Of a stretch of DNA of 64,000 bases, positions 24,051 to 34,148 are shown one piece after another (within the stretch, counting starts at the first letter, position 1; each line of letters starts with the position of its first letter). Made by a program: the position numbers and the translations under genes. A model generated the notes under the pieces. It searched no databases and was not told the DNA's origin. It worked only from the letters and a program-made list of their open reading frames with translations. This DNA is from an uncultured Gemmatimonadales bacterium (GTDB lineage: Bacteria > Gemmatimonadota > Gemmatimonadetes > Gemmatimonadales > GWC2-71-9), in the NCBI GenBank assembly GCA_963739455.1, contig CAVUAK010000003.1, forward strand, positions 416,001 through 480,000, written 5' to 3'.

Positions 24051-25616
24051 TTGAGGGCTTCCCGCGACTTCCGCCACGCTGCCAGCCTCTCGCTGCTATG
24101 CCTGCTGCTTGCATGCCGCAGCGAGAAGGCGGGGACGTCGCCGGACTCCGCTTCCGCGCCAGATACGGCAGCCATGGCGGCGATGGACAGCGCTGCCGCC
24201 GACACCACCACGACGCCCAACGCCTCGCTCGAATCCGGCCCTTCGCTGCCCGGGGTTGGCTCAGCGCGGAAGTGGACCGGCGACCTCGACGAGATGCTCA
24301 CGCGCGGTCGTATCCGTGTGCTGGTGACGCTCAGTCGCACCAATTTCTTCATTGACCGCGGCAAGATTCGCGGCGTCACTCCTGATCGCTTTGAGGCGTT
24401 CGAGGCTGAGATCAACAAGAAGTTTGCCAAGCCGGGCCGGAAGGCCCTCCACATCGTGTTCGTTCCGGTGGTGCGCAACGAGCTGCTGCCCGCGCTCATC
24501 GCCGGGCGGGGCGACATTGCCGCGGCCAACCTCAGCGTCACCGAGAAGCGCCTGCGCGACGTCGATTTCAGTGCGCCGCTTCGCACCGGGGTCAACGAGG
24601 TCCTGGTCACCGGTCCGTCGAGCCCGCCGATCCAGTCACTGGGCGACCTGGCCGGCACGGAACTGTTCATCCGGCAGTCGAGCAGCTACTTCGAGTCGGT
24701 GCGCCGCGTCAACGACTCGCTCAAGCACGCGGGCCGGAAGCCCATCATTGTCCAGCCGGCCGATGAACGCCTCGAGGACGAGGACATTCTCGAGATGGTC
24801 AACGCCGGGCTGATACCCGCCACGGTGGTCGATGACCACGTCGCCAACCTCTGGAGTGAAGTGCTGGACAGCGTGACCGTGCATCCCGCTGTCACCTTTG
24901 CGACCGGCGGGCAGACGGCGTGGGCCATCCGGAAGCACAGCCCGGAGCTCAAGGCTGCCGTCGACGCCTTCGCGAAGACGCACGCCAAGGGCACGACGTT
25001 CGGGAACATCATCGACAAGCGGTACTGGCAGGATGCGGGGTACATCACGAACCCCGCCGGGGAGGAAAACCTGGCGCGCTTCCGCTCCATGGTCACCCTC
25101 TTCCAGAAGTATGGCGACCAGTACGGCTTCAACGACCTGCTCCTCGCGGCCCAGGGATACCAGGAATCAGGGCTCGACCAGTCGAGGCGCAGTCACGTCG
25201 GGGCCATCGGCGTCATGCAGGTCATGCCGAAGACGGCGGCGGACCCCAACGTGGGGATTACCGGCATCGAGAAGGTCGAACCCAACATCGAGGCCGGCAC
25301 CAAGTACATGCGCTTCATCCTGGATCGCTACTTCAAGGGTGAGCCGATGGACTCGCTCAACCGGGCGCTCTTTGCCTTCGCGTCCTACAATGCCGGGCCG
25401 GCACGGGTCGCCAAGCTCCGCGCGAAGGCGAAGGACATGGGACTCGATCCGAACGTCTGGTTCAACAACGTCGAAGTGGTGGCAGCAAGGGACATCGGGC
25501 GCGAGACGGTCACTTACGTGCGGAACATCTACAAGTACTATGTGGCGTATGCGCTTGTGGCCAGGCAGGAGGCGTCACGCCGGACCGCCGTGGAGGCGAA
25601 GCAGGCGCCGAGGTGA
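24051..25616 (+). CDS. mltF: MltF-like lytic transglycosylase (SBP + SLT domains), lipoprotein
   Basis: LLLAC lipobox; GRGDIAAANL; YQESGL, GAIGVMQV, ASYNAG SLT motifs. Confidence 0.9.
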   Translation: MRASRDFRHAASLSLLCLLLACRSEKAGTSPDSASAPDTAAMAAMDSAAADTTTTPNASLESGPSLPGVGSARKWTGDLDEMLTRGRIRVLVTLSRTNFFIDRGKIRGVTPDRFEAFEAEINKKFAKPGRKALHIVFVPVVRNELLPALIAGRGDIAAANLSVTEKRLRDVDFSAPLRTGVNEVLVTGPSSPPIQSLGDLAGTELFIRQSSSYFESVRRVNDSLKHAGRKPIIVQPADERLEDEDILEMVNAGLIPATVVDDHVANLWSEVLDSVTVHPAVTFATGGQTAWAIRKHSPELKAAVDAFAKTHAKGTTFGNIIDKRYWQDAGYITNPAGEENLARFRSMVTLFQKYGDQYGFNDLLLAAQGYQESGLDQSRRSHVGAIGVMQVMPKTAADPNVGITGIEKVEPNIEAGTKYMRFILDRYFKGEPMDSLNRALFAFASYNAGPARVAKLRAKAKDMGLDPNVWFNNVEVVAARDIGRETVTYVRNIYKYYVAYALVARQEASRRTAVEAKQAPR

Positions 25617-26743
25617 GCGAACGTCCCCTCCGCATCGCGATGGTGATCGATTCCTGGGATGATGCCGCCAACGGCGCCGTCATCTCGACGCGCCGATTCA
25701 CCGACCTGCTCCGCGCCCGGGGCCACACCGTCACCATCCTTGCGACTGGCGCACCTGCGACTGGCAAGGTGGTGCTCCGTCCGTTCTACATCCCGTTCGC
25801 CAACAACATCATGCGGAAGATGCGGCTGCCGTTTGCGTGGCCCACGCCTTCCATCCTCGAGGAGACCCTCGCGGCCCAGGATGTTGTCCACATCCAGTTC
25901 CCGTTCTACCTGGGTATCAAGGCCATCACCACGGCGCGACGGCTGGGGAAGCCGGTGGTGTCGACCTTTCACGTGCAGGCGGAGCACCTCCTGTACAACA
26001 TCGGGATCCGGAACCAGGGATTGGTCGAGCAGGTGTACCGGTACTTCCTGCACTCGATCTATGACCGCTCCAATCATGTCATCTGTCCCAGTGCCTTCGC
26101 CGAGCGTGAACTCCGCACGCGCGGGCTGAAGCCGCCGGCCACGGTCATCTCGAACGGGGTTCCACCCGAGTTCCGTCCAGTGCCGCCAGGGGGCGCCCCC
26201 GACTTCGGCGGGAAGTTCGTCCTCCTCTCGGTCGGACGCCTCGCCCGTGAGAAGCGCCACGAACTGGTCATCGACGCCGTGCGGCGCTCGCGCCATCGCG
26301 ACCGGATCCAGCTCGTCATCCTCGGTGACGGACCGCTGCGCGAAGAACTCGGGGAGAAGGGTCGCGACCTGCCCAATCCGCCGGTGTTCAACTTCCTCAA
26401 GAAGGAAGAACTCATCCACTGGTACGCTGCCGGCGATCTCTGCGTGCATGCTTCCGAGGTAGAGGTCGAGTGCATGTCGGTGCTCGAGGCGCAGGCCTGC
26501 GGGCTGCCGTGCCTCATTGCGGATTCCTCCCGGAGTGCCACGCCCCAGTTTGCGCTGTCCGCCGATTACCTGTTCAAATCGGGGGACGTGGCTGACCTGG
26601 TCCTGAAGCTGGACGCACTGGTGGATGATCCCGCGCGACTCAGTGCGGACCGTGCCGCGTCGCAACGCGCGGCGTCCGCCTACAGCATCGAGGCTTCGTT
26701 CGAGAAGCTCCTTCAGGTCTATCGACAGGTCACACGGAGCTGA
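25613..26743 (+). CDS. Family 4 glycosyltransferase
   Basis: NGAVIST, STFH, ISNGV, VGRLAREK, ECMSVLEAQACG. Confidence 0.92.
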   Translation: MSERPLRIAMVIDSWDDAANGAVISTRRFTDLLRARGHTVTILATGAPATGKVVLRPFYIPFANNIMRKMRLPFAWPTPSILEETLAAQDVVHIQFPFYLGIKAITTARRLGKPVVSTFHVQAEHLLYNIGIRNQGLVEQVYRYFLHSIYDRSNHVICPSAFAERELRTRGLKPPATVISNGVPPEFRPVPPGGAPDFGGKFVLLSVGRLAREKRHELVIDAVRRSRHRDRIQLVILGDGPLREELGEKGRDLPNPPVFNFLKKEELIHWYAAGDLCVHASEVEVECMSVLEAQACGLPCLIADSSRSATPQFALSADYLFKSGDVADLVLKLDALVDDPARLSADRAASQRAASAYSIEASFEKLLQVYRQVTRS

Positions 26744-26754
26744 GCGTCTCGCCC

Positions 26755-26781
26755 TGCAACCTTTCCTGCCCGGTGCCCGTC
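26755..26781 (+). promoter_or_regulatory. Candidate ECF promoter
   Basis: TGCAAC-N17-CGTC upstream of the M28 peptidase. Confidence 0.45.
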
Positions 26782-26825
26782 AGACAGGCGTCGAATTCCA
26801 CCCGCTAACACTGAACTGGGACTTC

Positions 26826-28259
26826 ATGCGGCTTCTCCGATATGCCGGCGCCTCGGCGCTGCTGCTATTTCTTGTCACGTCAGCAGCCTGGTCCCAGGCG
26901 GCTCCTCCTGCCTCGAGGCCGGGAGCCACTGCCATTGCGGCGTCCGATACCACTGCGACGGCCCGCATCATCGCTGAGATCGGCGCGAACCAGCGCGCGA
27001 TGACCGACCTTGCCTGGCTCACCTACAACATCGGGCCCCGACTCACCGGCTCGGACCGGCTGGTGCGCGCTCACGCGTGGGCGGAGAGTACCCTGGTGGC
27101 CCGGGGGGCGTCGAACGTGCATCGCGAAGCATATGAGTTTGGCCGCTCATGGACCCGCGGACCGGCGACGGCGCGGTTCGTCACCCAGAACGGCGATGCC
27201 ATCACCCTCGCTGCGCTGGGCTGGTCCAAGCCGACGCCCGGGCCGTTGAAGGGTGACGTCCTCATGGTGACGGGGAAGTCGGCGACAGATCTCGAGAAGT
27301 ACTTTGGCCAGTTCAAGGGGCGCATTGTCATCTACGGTGACATGCCGCCATGGGATGCCGACAGCCTCAACCTGATCGCGGTCAGGGACCGGATCGCGAT
27401 CGCCATCCGGGACGAGGGCGCCACCGCCTTCCTGGCGTCAGCGGGAAAGCGCGAGGGACTGACCATGACCGGCGGCCCTGTGTGGCGGCTCGGTACCTGG
27501 TCGCCGCAGGTTCCGTTTGCATTCGTCAGCACCAGGGACTTCGCCGCCATTCGCCAGGCAGCGGCTACCGGGGAGCGCGTGACCCTGGAGATCAACCTTC
27601 CGAGCACCACTTCCGCAGCACCGGTTCAGGCCTTCAACACCATCGCCGAGATTCCCGGCTCCGACCTCGCCAACGAAGTCGTGATCATCGGTGCCCACAT
27701 CGATTCATGGGACCTCGGCACGGGAGCCACGGACAATGGCACCGGTGTCGTCGCCGTCATCGAGGCACTCCGTGCCATCCAGGCCACGGGCCTCAAGCCG
27801 CGTCGCACCATCCGGGTGGCGCTCTTCTCAGGTGAGGAGCAGGGACACTGGGGGTCGAAGGCCTACGTGAAGGCGCACGCATCGGAGATGGACAATGTGC
27901 AGGCGGTGCTGATCCTCGACCTCGGCACTGGCAAGGTGCGTGGCTGGGCACTGCAGGGCAGGGAAGACAGTCGAGGCCTCATGGCTGAGGCCGTGGCCCC
28001 CCTCAATGACCTCGGTGTGGTGGAGTTGCCACTCGAACGATCAGGCGACTCGGATCACGCCTCGTTCACCGATGTTGGTGTTCCGGGCTTCTTCGCGGTG
28101 CAGGATCAGCTCGACTACTTCACCATAACGCACCACAGCCAGTTCGACACCTTCGATCGGGTGGACCAGGCCCAGCTCATCCAGGCCATCACCGCCATCA
28201 CCGTCACTGCGTGGGACCTGGCGAACATGCCGGCGCGGCTTCCGCATGGGATGCGCTAG
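26826..28259 (+). CDS. Exported M28 peptidase (carboxypeptidase Q-like)
   Basis: IGPRLTGS, GAHIDSWD, GATDNGTG, GEEQG, SDHASF, HHSQFDT. Confidence 0.93.
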   Translation: MRLLRYAGASALLLFLVTSAAWSQAAPPASRPGATAIAASDTTATARIIAEIGANQRAMTDLAWLTYNIGPRLTGSDRLVRAHAWAESTLVARGASNVHREAYEFGRSWTRGPATARFVTQNGDAITLAALGWSKPTPGPLKGDVLMVTGKSATDLEKYFGQFKGRIVIYGDMPPWDADSLNLIAVRDRIAIAIRDEGATAFLASAGKREGLTMTGGPVWRLGTWSPQVPFAFVSTRDFAAIRQAAATGERVTLEINLPSTTSAAPVQAFNTIAEIPGSDLANEVVIIGAHIDSWDLGTGATDNGTGVVAVIEALRAIQATGLKPRRTIRVALFSGEEQGHWGSKAYVKAHASEMDNVQAVLILDLGTGKVRGWALQGREDSRGLMAEAVAPLNDLGVVELPLERSGDSDHASFTDVGVPGFFAVQDQLDYFTITHHSQFDTFDRVDQAQLIQAITAITVTAWDLANMPARLPHGMR

Positions 28260-28300
28260 CAACAATTGCGCGATGGAGGCGTGGGAGTCACCTTCGTCCC

Positions 28301-29941
28301 ATGGAACGACGTGATTTCCTGCAGTGGACCGGTCTCGCGGGAGCCTCCCTTCTTCCGCGCCCGGCATTCTGGTCCGGCAGCCTCACTCCTGTCCCCACTG
28401 CTGACCGCAAGGCGCTGGCCAACGTCGCGCTCAACGCCGCCCGGAGCCAGGGGGCGAGTTACGCCGACGTGCGGATCGGGCGGTACCTGAACCAGTTCAT
28501 CAATGGCCGAGAAATCACGATCCAGGGGATCGTGAGTACCGAGTCCTACGGGGCGGGGGTTCGGGTCATCGCGCAGGGGACGTGGGGCTTCGCGGCGACC
28601 GGGGACGTGACGCCCGACGGCATCGCGGCAGCCGCAGTGCAGGCGGTCGCGATCGCCAAGGCCAATTCCCGCCTCCAGACGGAGCCGGTGACGCTCGCGC
28701 CGCAACGCGGGGTGGGCGAGGTCGCCTGGAAGACCCCGGTGGAGCAGAACGCGCTGGACGTCCCGCTGGGGGAAAAGTGCGAGCTGCTGGTCGCTGTTGG
28801 CGCGGCCGCGATGGCGGCCGGCGCGAATTACATCAACTCCGGACTCTTCCTCGTCAACGAGCAGAAGTACTTCGCCTCGACCGAGGGCAGCTACATCGAC
28901 CAGGACATCCAGCGCATCTGGCCGTCCTTCCAGGTCACCGTAGTCGACAAGTCCACCGGCCGTTTCGAGCAGCGGAGTTCGCTCGGGGCGCCGATGGGCA
29001 GCGGTTGGGAGTACCTGACGATGCGGCCCGGGGACCGGATCGCCTCGGCGGCTGGCATGCCCGTGTATGGCAGCCGGTATGACATGCTCGAGGATGCCCG
29101 ACTGGCCCCCGCACAGGCGAAGGAAAAGGCGGCGGCTGCCTCAGTGTCACCGGGCGACTGGGACCTGGTGCTCGACCCGTCAAATCTCTGGCTCACGATC
29201 CACGAGTCCGTTGGGCATCCGCTGGAGCTGGACCGGGTGTTGGGGTATGAGGCCAACTTCGCAGGCACCAGCTTCGCAACCCTCGACAAGTGGCGATCGG
29301 GCTCGTTCCAGTACGGCGACAAGATGGTGACATTCGTGGCCGACCGGACGCAGCCCGGGTCGCTGCAGGCGGCCGGCTACGATGACGAGGGCGTCCCGAC
29401 ACGGGAATGGGACCTGGTGCGCGATGGGACCCTCGTGAATTACCAGGCGATCCGCGACCAGGTTCACGTCCTGGGACAGGACACCTCGCAGGGCTGTTGC
29501 CACGCCGATAGCTGGAGCTCGATGCAGTTCCAGCGGATGCCCAACGTGTCGCTCCTCCCGGGCCCGGCACCACTGACGCCCGCCGAAATGGTGGCCGGCG
29601 TCGAGAAGGGGATCTATATCATCGGCGACGGCTCGTATTCGATCGACCAGCAGCGCTACAACTTTCAGTTCGGTGGCGTGCTGTTCTACGAAATCAGGGA
29701 GGGGAAGCTCGTCGGCATGCTGCGCGACGCGGCATATCAGGCGAACACCGTGGAGTTCTGGAACGCCGTGACCGGCATTTGTGACCGGCGGGATTACCGG
29801 TTGGGCGGGTCATTCTTCGACGGCAAGGGGCAGCCAATACAGATCAGCGCGGTATCGCATGGCTGCGCGACGACTCGTATCGATCGGGTCAACGTACTCA
29901 ACACCGCGCGCACCATTCCGGGCAGCCGTGCCGCGACTTGA
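28301..29941 (+). CDS. tldD: TldD-family metalloprotease with Tat-like leader
   Basis: RRDFL leader; YADVRI, IHESVGH, GYDDEG, RMPN, HGC. Confidence 0.92.
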   Translation: MERRDFLQWTGLAGASLLPRPAFWSGSLTPVPTADRKALANVALNAARSQGASYADVRIGRYLNQFINGREITIQGIVSTESYGAGVRVIAQGTWGFAATGDVTPDGIAAAAVQAVAIAKANSRLQTEPVTLAPQRGVGEVAWKTPVEQNALDVPLGEKCELLVAVGAAAMAAGANYINSGLFLVNEQKYFASTEGSYIDQDIQRIWPSFQVTVVDKSTGRFEQRSSLGAPMGSGWEYLTMRPGDRIASAAGMPVYGSRYDMLEDARLAPAQAKEKAAAASVSPGDWDLVLDPSNLWLTIHESVGHPLELDRVLGYEANFAGTSFATLDKWRSGSFQYGDKMVTFVADRTQPGSLQAAGYDDEGVPTREWDLVRDGTLVNYQAIRDQVHVLGQDTSQGCCHADSWSSMQFQRMPNVSLLPGPAPLTPAEMVAGVEKGIYIIGDGSYSIDQQRYNFQFGGVLFYEIREGKLVGMLRDAAYQANTVEFWNAVTGICDRRDYRLGGSFFDGKGQPIQISAVSHGCATTRIDRVNVLNTARTIPGSRAAT

Positions 29942-31247
29942 CGAAGCCGGCGCCAGGCAGCTGCTGGAGAAAATCCTCAAGCTCTCGCGGGCATCGGCGT
30001 GTGAGGCAACGATTGGCGGCGGCCACGGCGGCAACCTGCGCTACGCCCGCAACACCGTCACTACCGGCGGCGCACGGCAGGACCTGAACCTGTCGGTCAC
30101 CTCGTACCAGGGCAGGCGCAGCGGGGTCGCCACGGCAAACCAGTTCGACGATGCCACCCTCGAGCGCACCGTGCGACGCTCCGAGCAACTCGCTCAGCTC
30201 GCGCCCGAGGATCCCGAGACAATGCCGCCCCTGGGACCGCAGCTCTACACGCCGATACCGCACGCGTATCGCGAGGCAACAGCGGCCATCTCCCCGGAGT
30301 ATCGCGCCGCCATAGCCGAGGGAAGCATCGTGTCGGCCCGGACAGCGGGCTGCGTGGCCGCGGGCTTCCTGCAGGACGGGGCCAGCTGGCGGGCCATGGC
30401 CAACAGCGCAGGACTGTTCGCCTGGCATCGGGAGACGTCTCTGGATTTCTCGGTGACGATGCGGACGGGCGACGGGCTCGGGTCTGGCTACGCTGCCCGG
30501 GACGAGAACGACGTCGATCGATTCGACGGTGTGGCGGCGTCCGGCATCGCGCTGGAAAAGGCACTCGCGTCGCGGCAGGCAACGGCGCTGGAGCCCGGCA
30601 AGTATACCGTCATCATGGAGCCGACCGCGGCGGTCGAACTGCTGCAACCGCTGGTGTTCGGCCTGGATGCGCGGTCAGCGGATGAAGGTCGCAGCCCGGT
30701 GTCGAAGCCTGGTGGTGGCACAATGGTGGGTGAGCGACTGGTCAACGAGTCAGTGAGCATCTGGTCGGATCCTGCGCATGCCGATGTTCCAAACTCGCCA
30801 TGGAGCAACGACGGTCGTCCGCAGGAACGGGTCGCCTGGATCGACAAGGGCGTGGTGCGGAATCTCCAGTATTCGCGGTACTGGGCGGAGAAACAGGGGA
30901 AACCGGCAACGCCCCCGCCAAACGGCTTCATCATGTCTGGCGGGAGCATGACACTGGACGAGCTCATCCGGGATACCACAAGGGGCATCCTGGTGACGCG
31001 CTTCTGGTATATCCGTAGTGTGGACCCACAGACGCTGCTGCAGACCGGCCTGACGCGTGACGGCACGTTCCTCATCGAGAACGGCCGGATCGTCCACGCC
31101 ATTAGCAACTTCCGGTTCAATGAATCGCCGATCATCATGCTGAACAACGTCGAGGCCCTGGGCCAGCCCGTTCGGGTCCAGGGTTGCATGGTGCCGCCAA
31201 TGCGGATCCGGGACTTCCCATTCACGAGTCTTTCCGACGCCATGTGA
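29928..31247 (+). CDS. TldE/PmbA-family partner subunit
   Basis: LEPGKYTVIMEP, TGLTRDGTFLIENG, NFRFNESP; no HExxxH. Confidence 0.9.
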   Translation: MPRLDEAGARQLLEKILKLSRASACEATIGGGHGGNLRYARNTVTTGGARQDLNLSVTSYQGRRSGVATANQFDDATLERTVRRSEQLAQLAPEDPETMPPLGPQLYTPIPHAYREATAAISPEYRAAIAEGSIVSARTAGCVAAGFLQDGASWRAMANSAGLFAWHRETSLDFSVTMRTGDGLGSGYAARDENDVDRFDGVAASGIALEKALASRQATALEPGKYTVIMEPTAAVELLQPLVFGLDARSADEGRSPVSKPGGGTMVGERLVNESVSIWSDPAHADVPNSPWSNDGRPQERVAWIDKGVVRNLQYSRYWAEKQGKPATPPPNGFIMSGGSMTLDELIRDTTRGILVTRFWYIRSVDPQTLLQTGLTRDGTFLIENGRIVHAISNFRFNESPIIMLNNVEALGQPVRVQGCMVPPMRIRDFPFTSLSDAM

Positions 31248-31256
31248 TGGCTTGGC

Positions 31257-32141
31257 TCAGTAGTAGTTCATTGGCTCCGGTATTCCGGCGGCCCTCAGCG
31301 CTGCCACGCGCTTCGGCAGGCGCGGGTGTGTAGAGGTGAGTTCGGCGTGACGCACCCAGAAGCCCGTTTCCGTTTCTGCCTGGGCGGCGAAGAGCCCGGC
31401 ATTCACGTCGCGGTACAACGACTTGCCGGCAGCAAGCACCAGCAGCCCACGTACCGCCCCTTCCGGTCCGCACTCCGCAGAGAAACGGTCACAGGTGTAT
31501 TCGCAGGCACGCGAGTAGGCCTTGCCGAGGTAGGGTACCAGATGGCCGGGGATCTTGAGCCACCGATGCCTGAGGTGTCCCCGCTTGATGTGCGCCAGTT
31601 CGTGAGCTACCACGAACCCCAGCGCGTCCTCACCCCGGTCCTGTGCCAGCGACACAATATCCGAGTAGAGCACCACGAAGGCCCGCGAGAAGAAGCGGGT
31701 GACGAAGGCGTTCAGCACTCCACCAGCTTGCACGATGTACACCGGGGGCACCGGCTCGAGACCGAGAGCCCTCGCATGACGGAGCACCAGCTGGTGAATG
31801 GTGGGGAACTGCTGCTCCGTCACGCGCACCCCGTTGCCGCGAAGGTGCCCCACGAAGTGGCCATGGATCACGATGTAGAATGCGATGATCGCGGGCACAT
31901 AGATAAGGAGGACGCCCGCTCCCTTGGCTGTCGTGGCAGCGGAGGCCGCCGATGCAGCGGGATTGGCGGGGTCGACCAGCAGTGAGGGCGCAGCCATGGC
32001 GGCGAGCGAGCCGAGGAGCGATATCGCGGTGAAGAAGTAGATGCCAACGCCCGCCAGCAGTACCAGCCAGAGGAGGATGCGCTCCCTCGGATGAACCAGC
32101 GTGGCCAGCTTTTCTGGCGGAATGGACGGGCGGCCAGCCAT
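31257..32141 (-). CDS. M48 (HtpX-like) membrane zinc peptidase
   Basis: QAGGVLNAF, AHELAH, YSRACEYTCD, STHP. Confidence 0.92.
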   Translation of the reverse strand: MAGRPSIPPEKLATLVHPRERILLWLVLLAGVGIYFFTAISLLGSLAAMAAPSLLVDPANPAASAASAATTAKGAGVLLIYVPAIIAFYIVIHGHFVGHLRGNGVRVTEQQFPTIHQLVLRHARALGLEPVPPVYIVQAGGVLNAFVTRFFSRAFVVLYSDIVSLAQDRGEDALGFVVAHELAHIKRGHLRHRWLKIPGHLVPYLGKAYSRACEYTCDRFSAECGPEGAVRGLLVLAAGKSLYRDVNAGLFAAQAETETGFWVRHAELTSTHPRLPKRVAALRAAGIPEPMNYY

Positions 32142-32240
32142 GGCAACCTCCTTCGAGAGAAGAAGCGACGGACCCCGAGGCAGCGACTCAGTTGTGCATG
32201 GGTGCTCCAGAATGGTAGGTGGCGGTACAGCGCCGGGTAA

Positions 32241-32260
32241 CATGGGTCGATCGACCCATG
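32241..32260. promoter_or_regulatory. Palindromic operator, copy 2
   Basis: Perfect 20-bp palindrome CATGGGTCGATCGACCCATG, ~100 bp upstream of the M48 gene. Confidence 0.6.
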
Positions 32261-32267
32261 GATGCGC

Positions 32268-33359
32268 CTAACGTTTCATGATGGACAGGGGGGCGGCCGC
32301 GGCAGGATAGGCCGCGTGAAAGTCCTCTCCCAGTAGTTCGGCGACCGTGGCCGCGATCTGGCCCTGCGTCACTGTTGCCGTGTTGGTCCGGGCACCGAGC
32401 GGGGCGATACCGGGGCCGATCACCGCCATCCAGATCCGGTCTGCGCCTGCTACATCCTTGCCGTGGTCCCTCCAGGCATCGGGGCCGTTCCCCCGCCCAT
32501 GATCAGTAGTGATGATGAACGTCGTGTTCCCGCGATACTGCGGAATGCCCTGCATCAGCTGCCACAACTCGGCGATAAACGCGTCGTCCTGCTGGGCGGA
32601 GCGAAGGAGCTTGTCATACTTGCCGTCGTGTGCCCAAACGTCGGTTTCGCCGAAGCCGACGAACAGCAGGCGCGGCCGTTCGCGCACGATGTATTCGCGC
32701 AGCACCACCTGCATGAACGAATCATAGGAAAGATCGTCCCAGATACGCGTGGTGGTGCGGGTCAGTTCGTTGAGAAGCGTCTCGGACGAGTCGGTGGGGT
32801 TCGGGAACGGTTGCTCCCATCCGGCCCAGAGGTGGATGCCGGCCCGCTCGCGGTTGAAGATGCGGGGGAAGGCGTCCCATGTACCGAAGGCGGCGACCCG
32901 GCCGCCGAGTCCCGGGCGGCCATTGAGCCACTCGAACACGGTAACGTTGGGGTTGCGTGGGTACGCGTTGGTATTGATGCGTGGGTCACCGCGACCGGTG
33001 AGTACCTCGTTATAGCCGGGATAGGAGAAGTTGAATCCGTTGGTGACCCGCGCTACGCTGCCATGGGTCTCGTCACCCAGGATCTGTCCGCGCTGTGCCA
33101 CCGAATCCCACAGGAAGGGCATGAGCACGCGCCGGCGCTCCTCCGGGGTGGGGCGCCAGAACTGGCGCTGGGCGGTGAGGGTGTCGTCGATGCCGCCGTG
33201 CTTCGAGTGCATCAGGAGGCTGTCGGCGCCGGTGAAGACCTCCTGCCACCGGACGCCGTCGAGCATGATGAGGACCACGTTGGCCTGGGCGCGCTGCGCC
33301 ATGGTGACACTGGGGCAGAGCAGGGCGAATAGGGTCAGGACCAGGACCAGGATTGGCAC
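32268..33359 (-). CDS. Exported alkaline-phosphatase-superfamily enzyme
   Basis: LDGVRWQE, FSYPGYNE, ETDVWAH, TTDHGR. Confidence 0.88.
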   Translation of the reverse strand: MPILVLVLTLFALLCPSVTMAQRAQANVVLIMLDGVRWQEVFTGADSLLMHSKHGGIDDTLTAQRQFWRPTPEERRRVLMPFLWDSVAQRGQILGDETHGSVARVTNGFNFSYPGYNEVLTGRGDPRINTNAYPRNPNVTVFEWLNGRPGLGGRVAAFGTWDAFPRIFNRERAGIHLWAGWEQPFPNPTDSSETLLNELTRTTTRIWDDLSYDSFMQVVLREYIVRERPRLLFVGFGETDVWAHDGKYDKLLRSAQQDDAFIAELWQLMQGIPQYRGNTTFIITTDHGRGNGPDAWRDHGKDVAGADRIWMAVIGPGIAPLGARTNTATVTQGQIAATVAELLGEDFHAAYPAAAAPLSIMKR

Positions 33360-33429
33360 GGGGACTCCAGTGGTGATGATTCGGGGGGTTCGCCGCGTCG
33401 CGGGTAGGAGTTTATCTTGTGCGGTCTCG

Positions 33430-33502
33430 GGGGCGGTAGCTCAGTTGGGAGAGCACCTGCTTTGCAAGCAGGGGGTCACCGGTTCGATCCCGGTCCGCTC
33501 CA
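33430..33502 (+). tRNA. tRNA-Ala(TGC), CCA not encoded
   Basis: GGGGCGG/CCGCTCC acceptor stem with G3:U70; anticodon arm CCTGC-TTTGCAA-GCAGG; T-loop GGTTCGATCC. Confidence 0.97.
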
Positions 33503-33515
33503 CTCAGGTAATATC

Positions 33516-33552
33516 AAGCTTCATCGTCACTTCGACGGTGGAGCTTTTTTTG
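33516..33552 (+). terminator. Intrinsic terminator after tRNA
   Basis: AAGCTTCATCGTC/GACGGTGGAGCTT stem then T-tract. Confidence 0.85.
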
Positions 33553-33562
33553 TTGATTTCCG

Positions 33563-34093
33563 CTACGCCGGAGCGTAGGTCAGCCTGATCACATCCTCGT
33601 CAATCCGATCAGTCGCCACAAGGCGGAGCCGCGGCCGGGGCCCGGCGAAATACGGCTTGCCCTGACCAACCACAACGGGGTGCAGGTAGATCTGATACTC
33701 ATCGATCAGGCCAAGTGCAGTGAGGCTGTGCGCCAGGGCCGGGCCGGCAACCTCGATCTGCCCGTCGCGCTCGGCCTTCAGCTGGCGGATTGCAGCCTCA
33801 AGGTCATCCCCAACAAGCGTGGCGTTGGGGCCGACTTCCTTCAACGAGCGCGAGACCACCCATTTCGGCTGCTTCCGCCACGCCACCGCGAAGGCGCGTT
33901 CCTCCGTACGCCATTCGGGATGATCGTCGTCCCAGTAACGCATGGTCTCATACATCACGCGACCGTACACACTGCCCGCCAGCCGCTCCGCCTCCTCGAT
34001 GAAGTGGCGGAAGAGCGTGGGGCCTGGGGCAAACGCCATGTGGTCGACGTAGCCGTCCAGGGACTGGTTCAGTCCGAACACCAGCTTGGCCAT
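33563..34093 (-). CDS. Dihydrofolate reductase / RibD C-terminal-like protein
   Basis: NQSLDGY, YGRVMYE, KWVVSRSL, VAGPALA, LIDEY..YLHPVVVGQG. Confidence 0.92.
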   Translation of the reverse strand: MAKLVFGLNQSLDGYVDHMAFAPGPTLFRHFIEEAERLAGSVYGRVMYETMRYWDDDHPEWRTEERAFAVAWRKQPKWVVSRSLKEVGPNATLVGDDLEAAIRQLKAERDGQIEVAGPALAHSLTALGLIDEYQIYLHPVVVGQGKPYFAGPRPRLRLVATDRIDEDVIRLTYAPA

Positions 34094-34112
34094 GCCCGCT
34101 TCCTTTCCTTAA

Positions 34113-34148
34113 AGGGAGTCACCGGTCTTGTCCCGGTCCGCTCCACTC
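34113..34148 (+). repeat. Degenerate direct repeat of the tRNA-Ala 3' end (att-like)
   Basis: 31/36 identical to 33470-33505, including the post-tRNA CTC. Confidence 0.9.

Noticed and set aside
34113..34148. Second tRNA gene
   Set aside because: Only the 3' half is present and the T-loop is mutated
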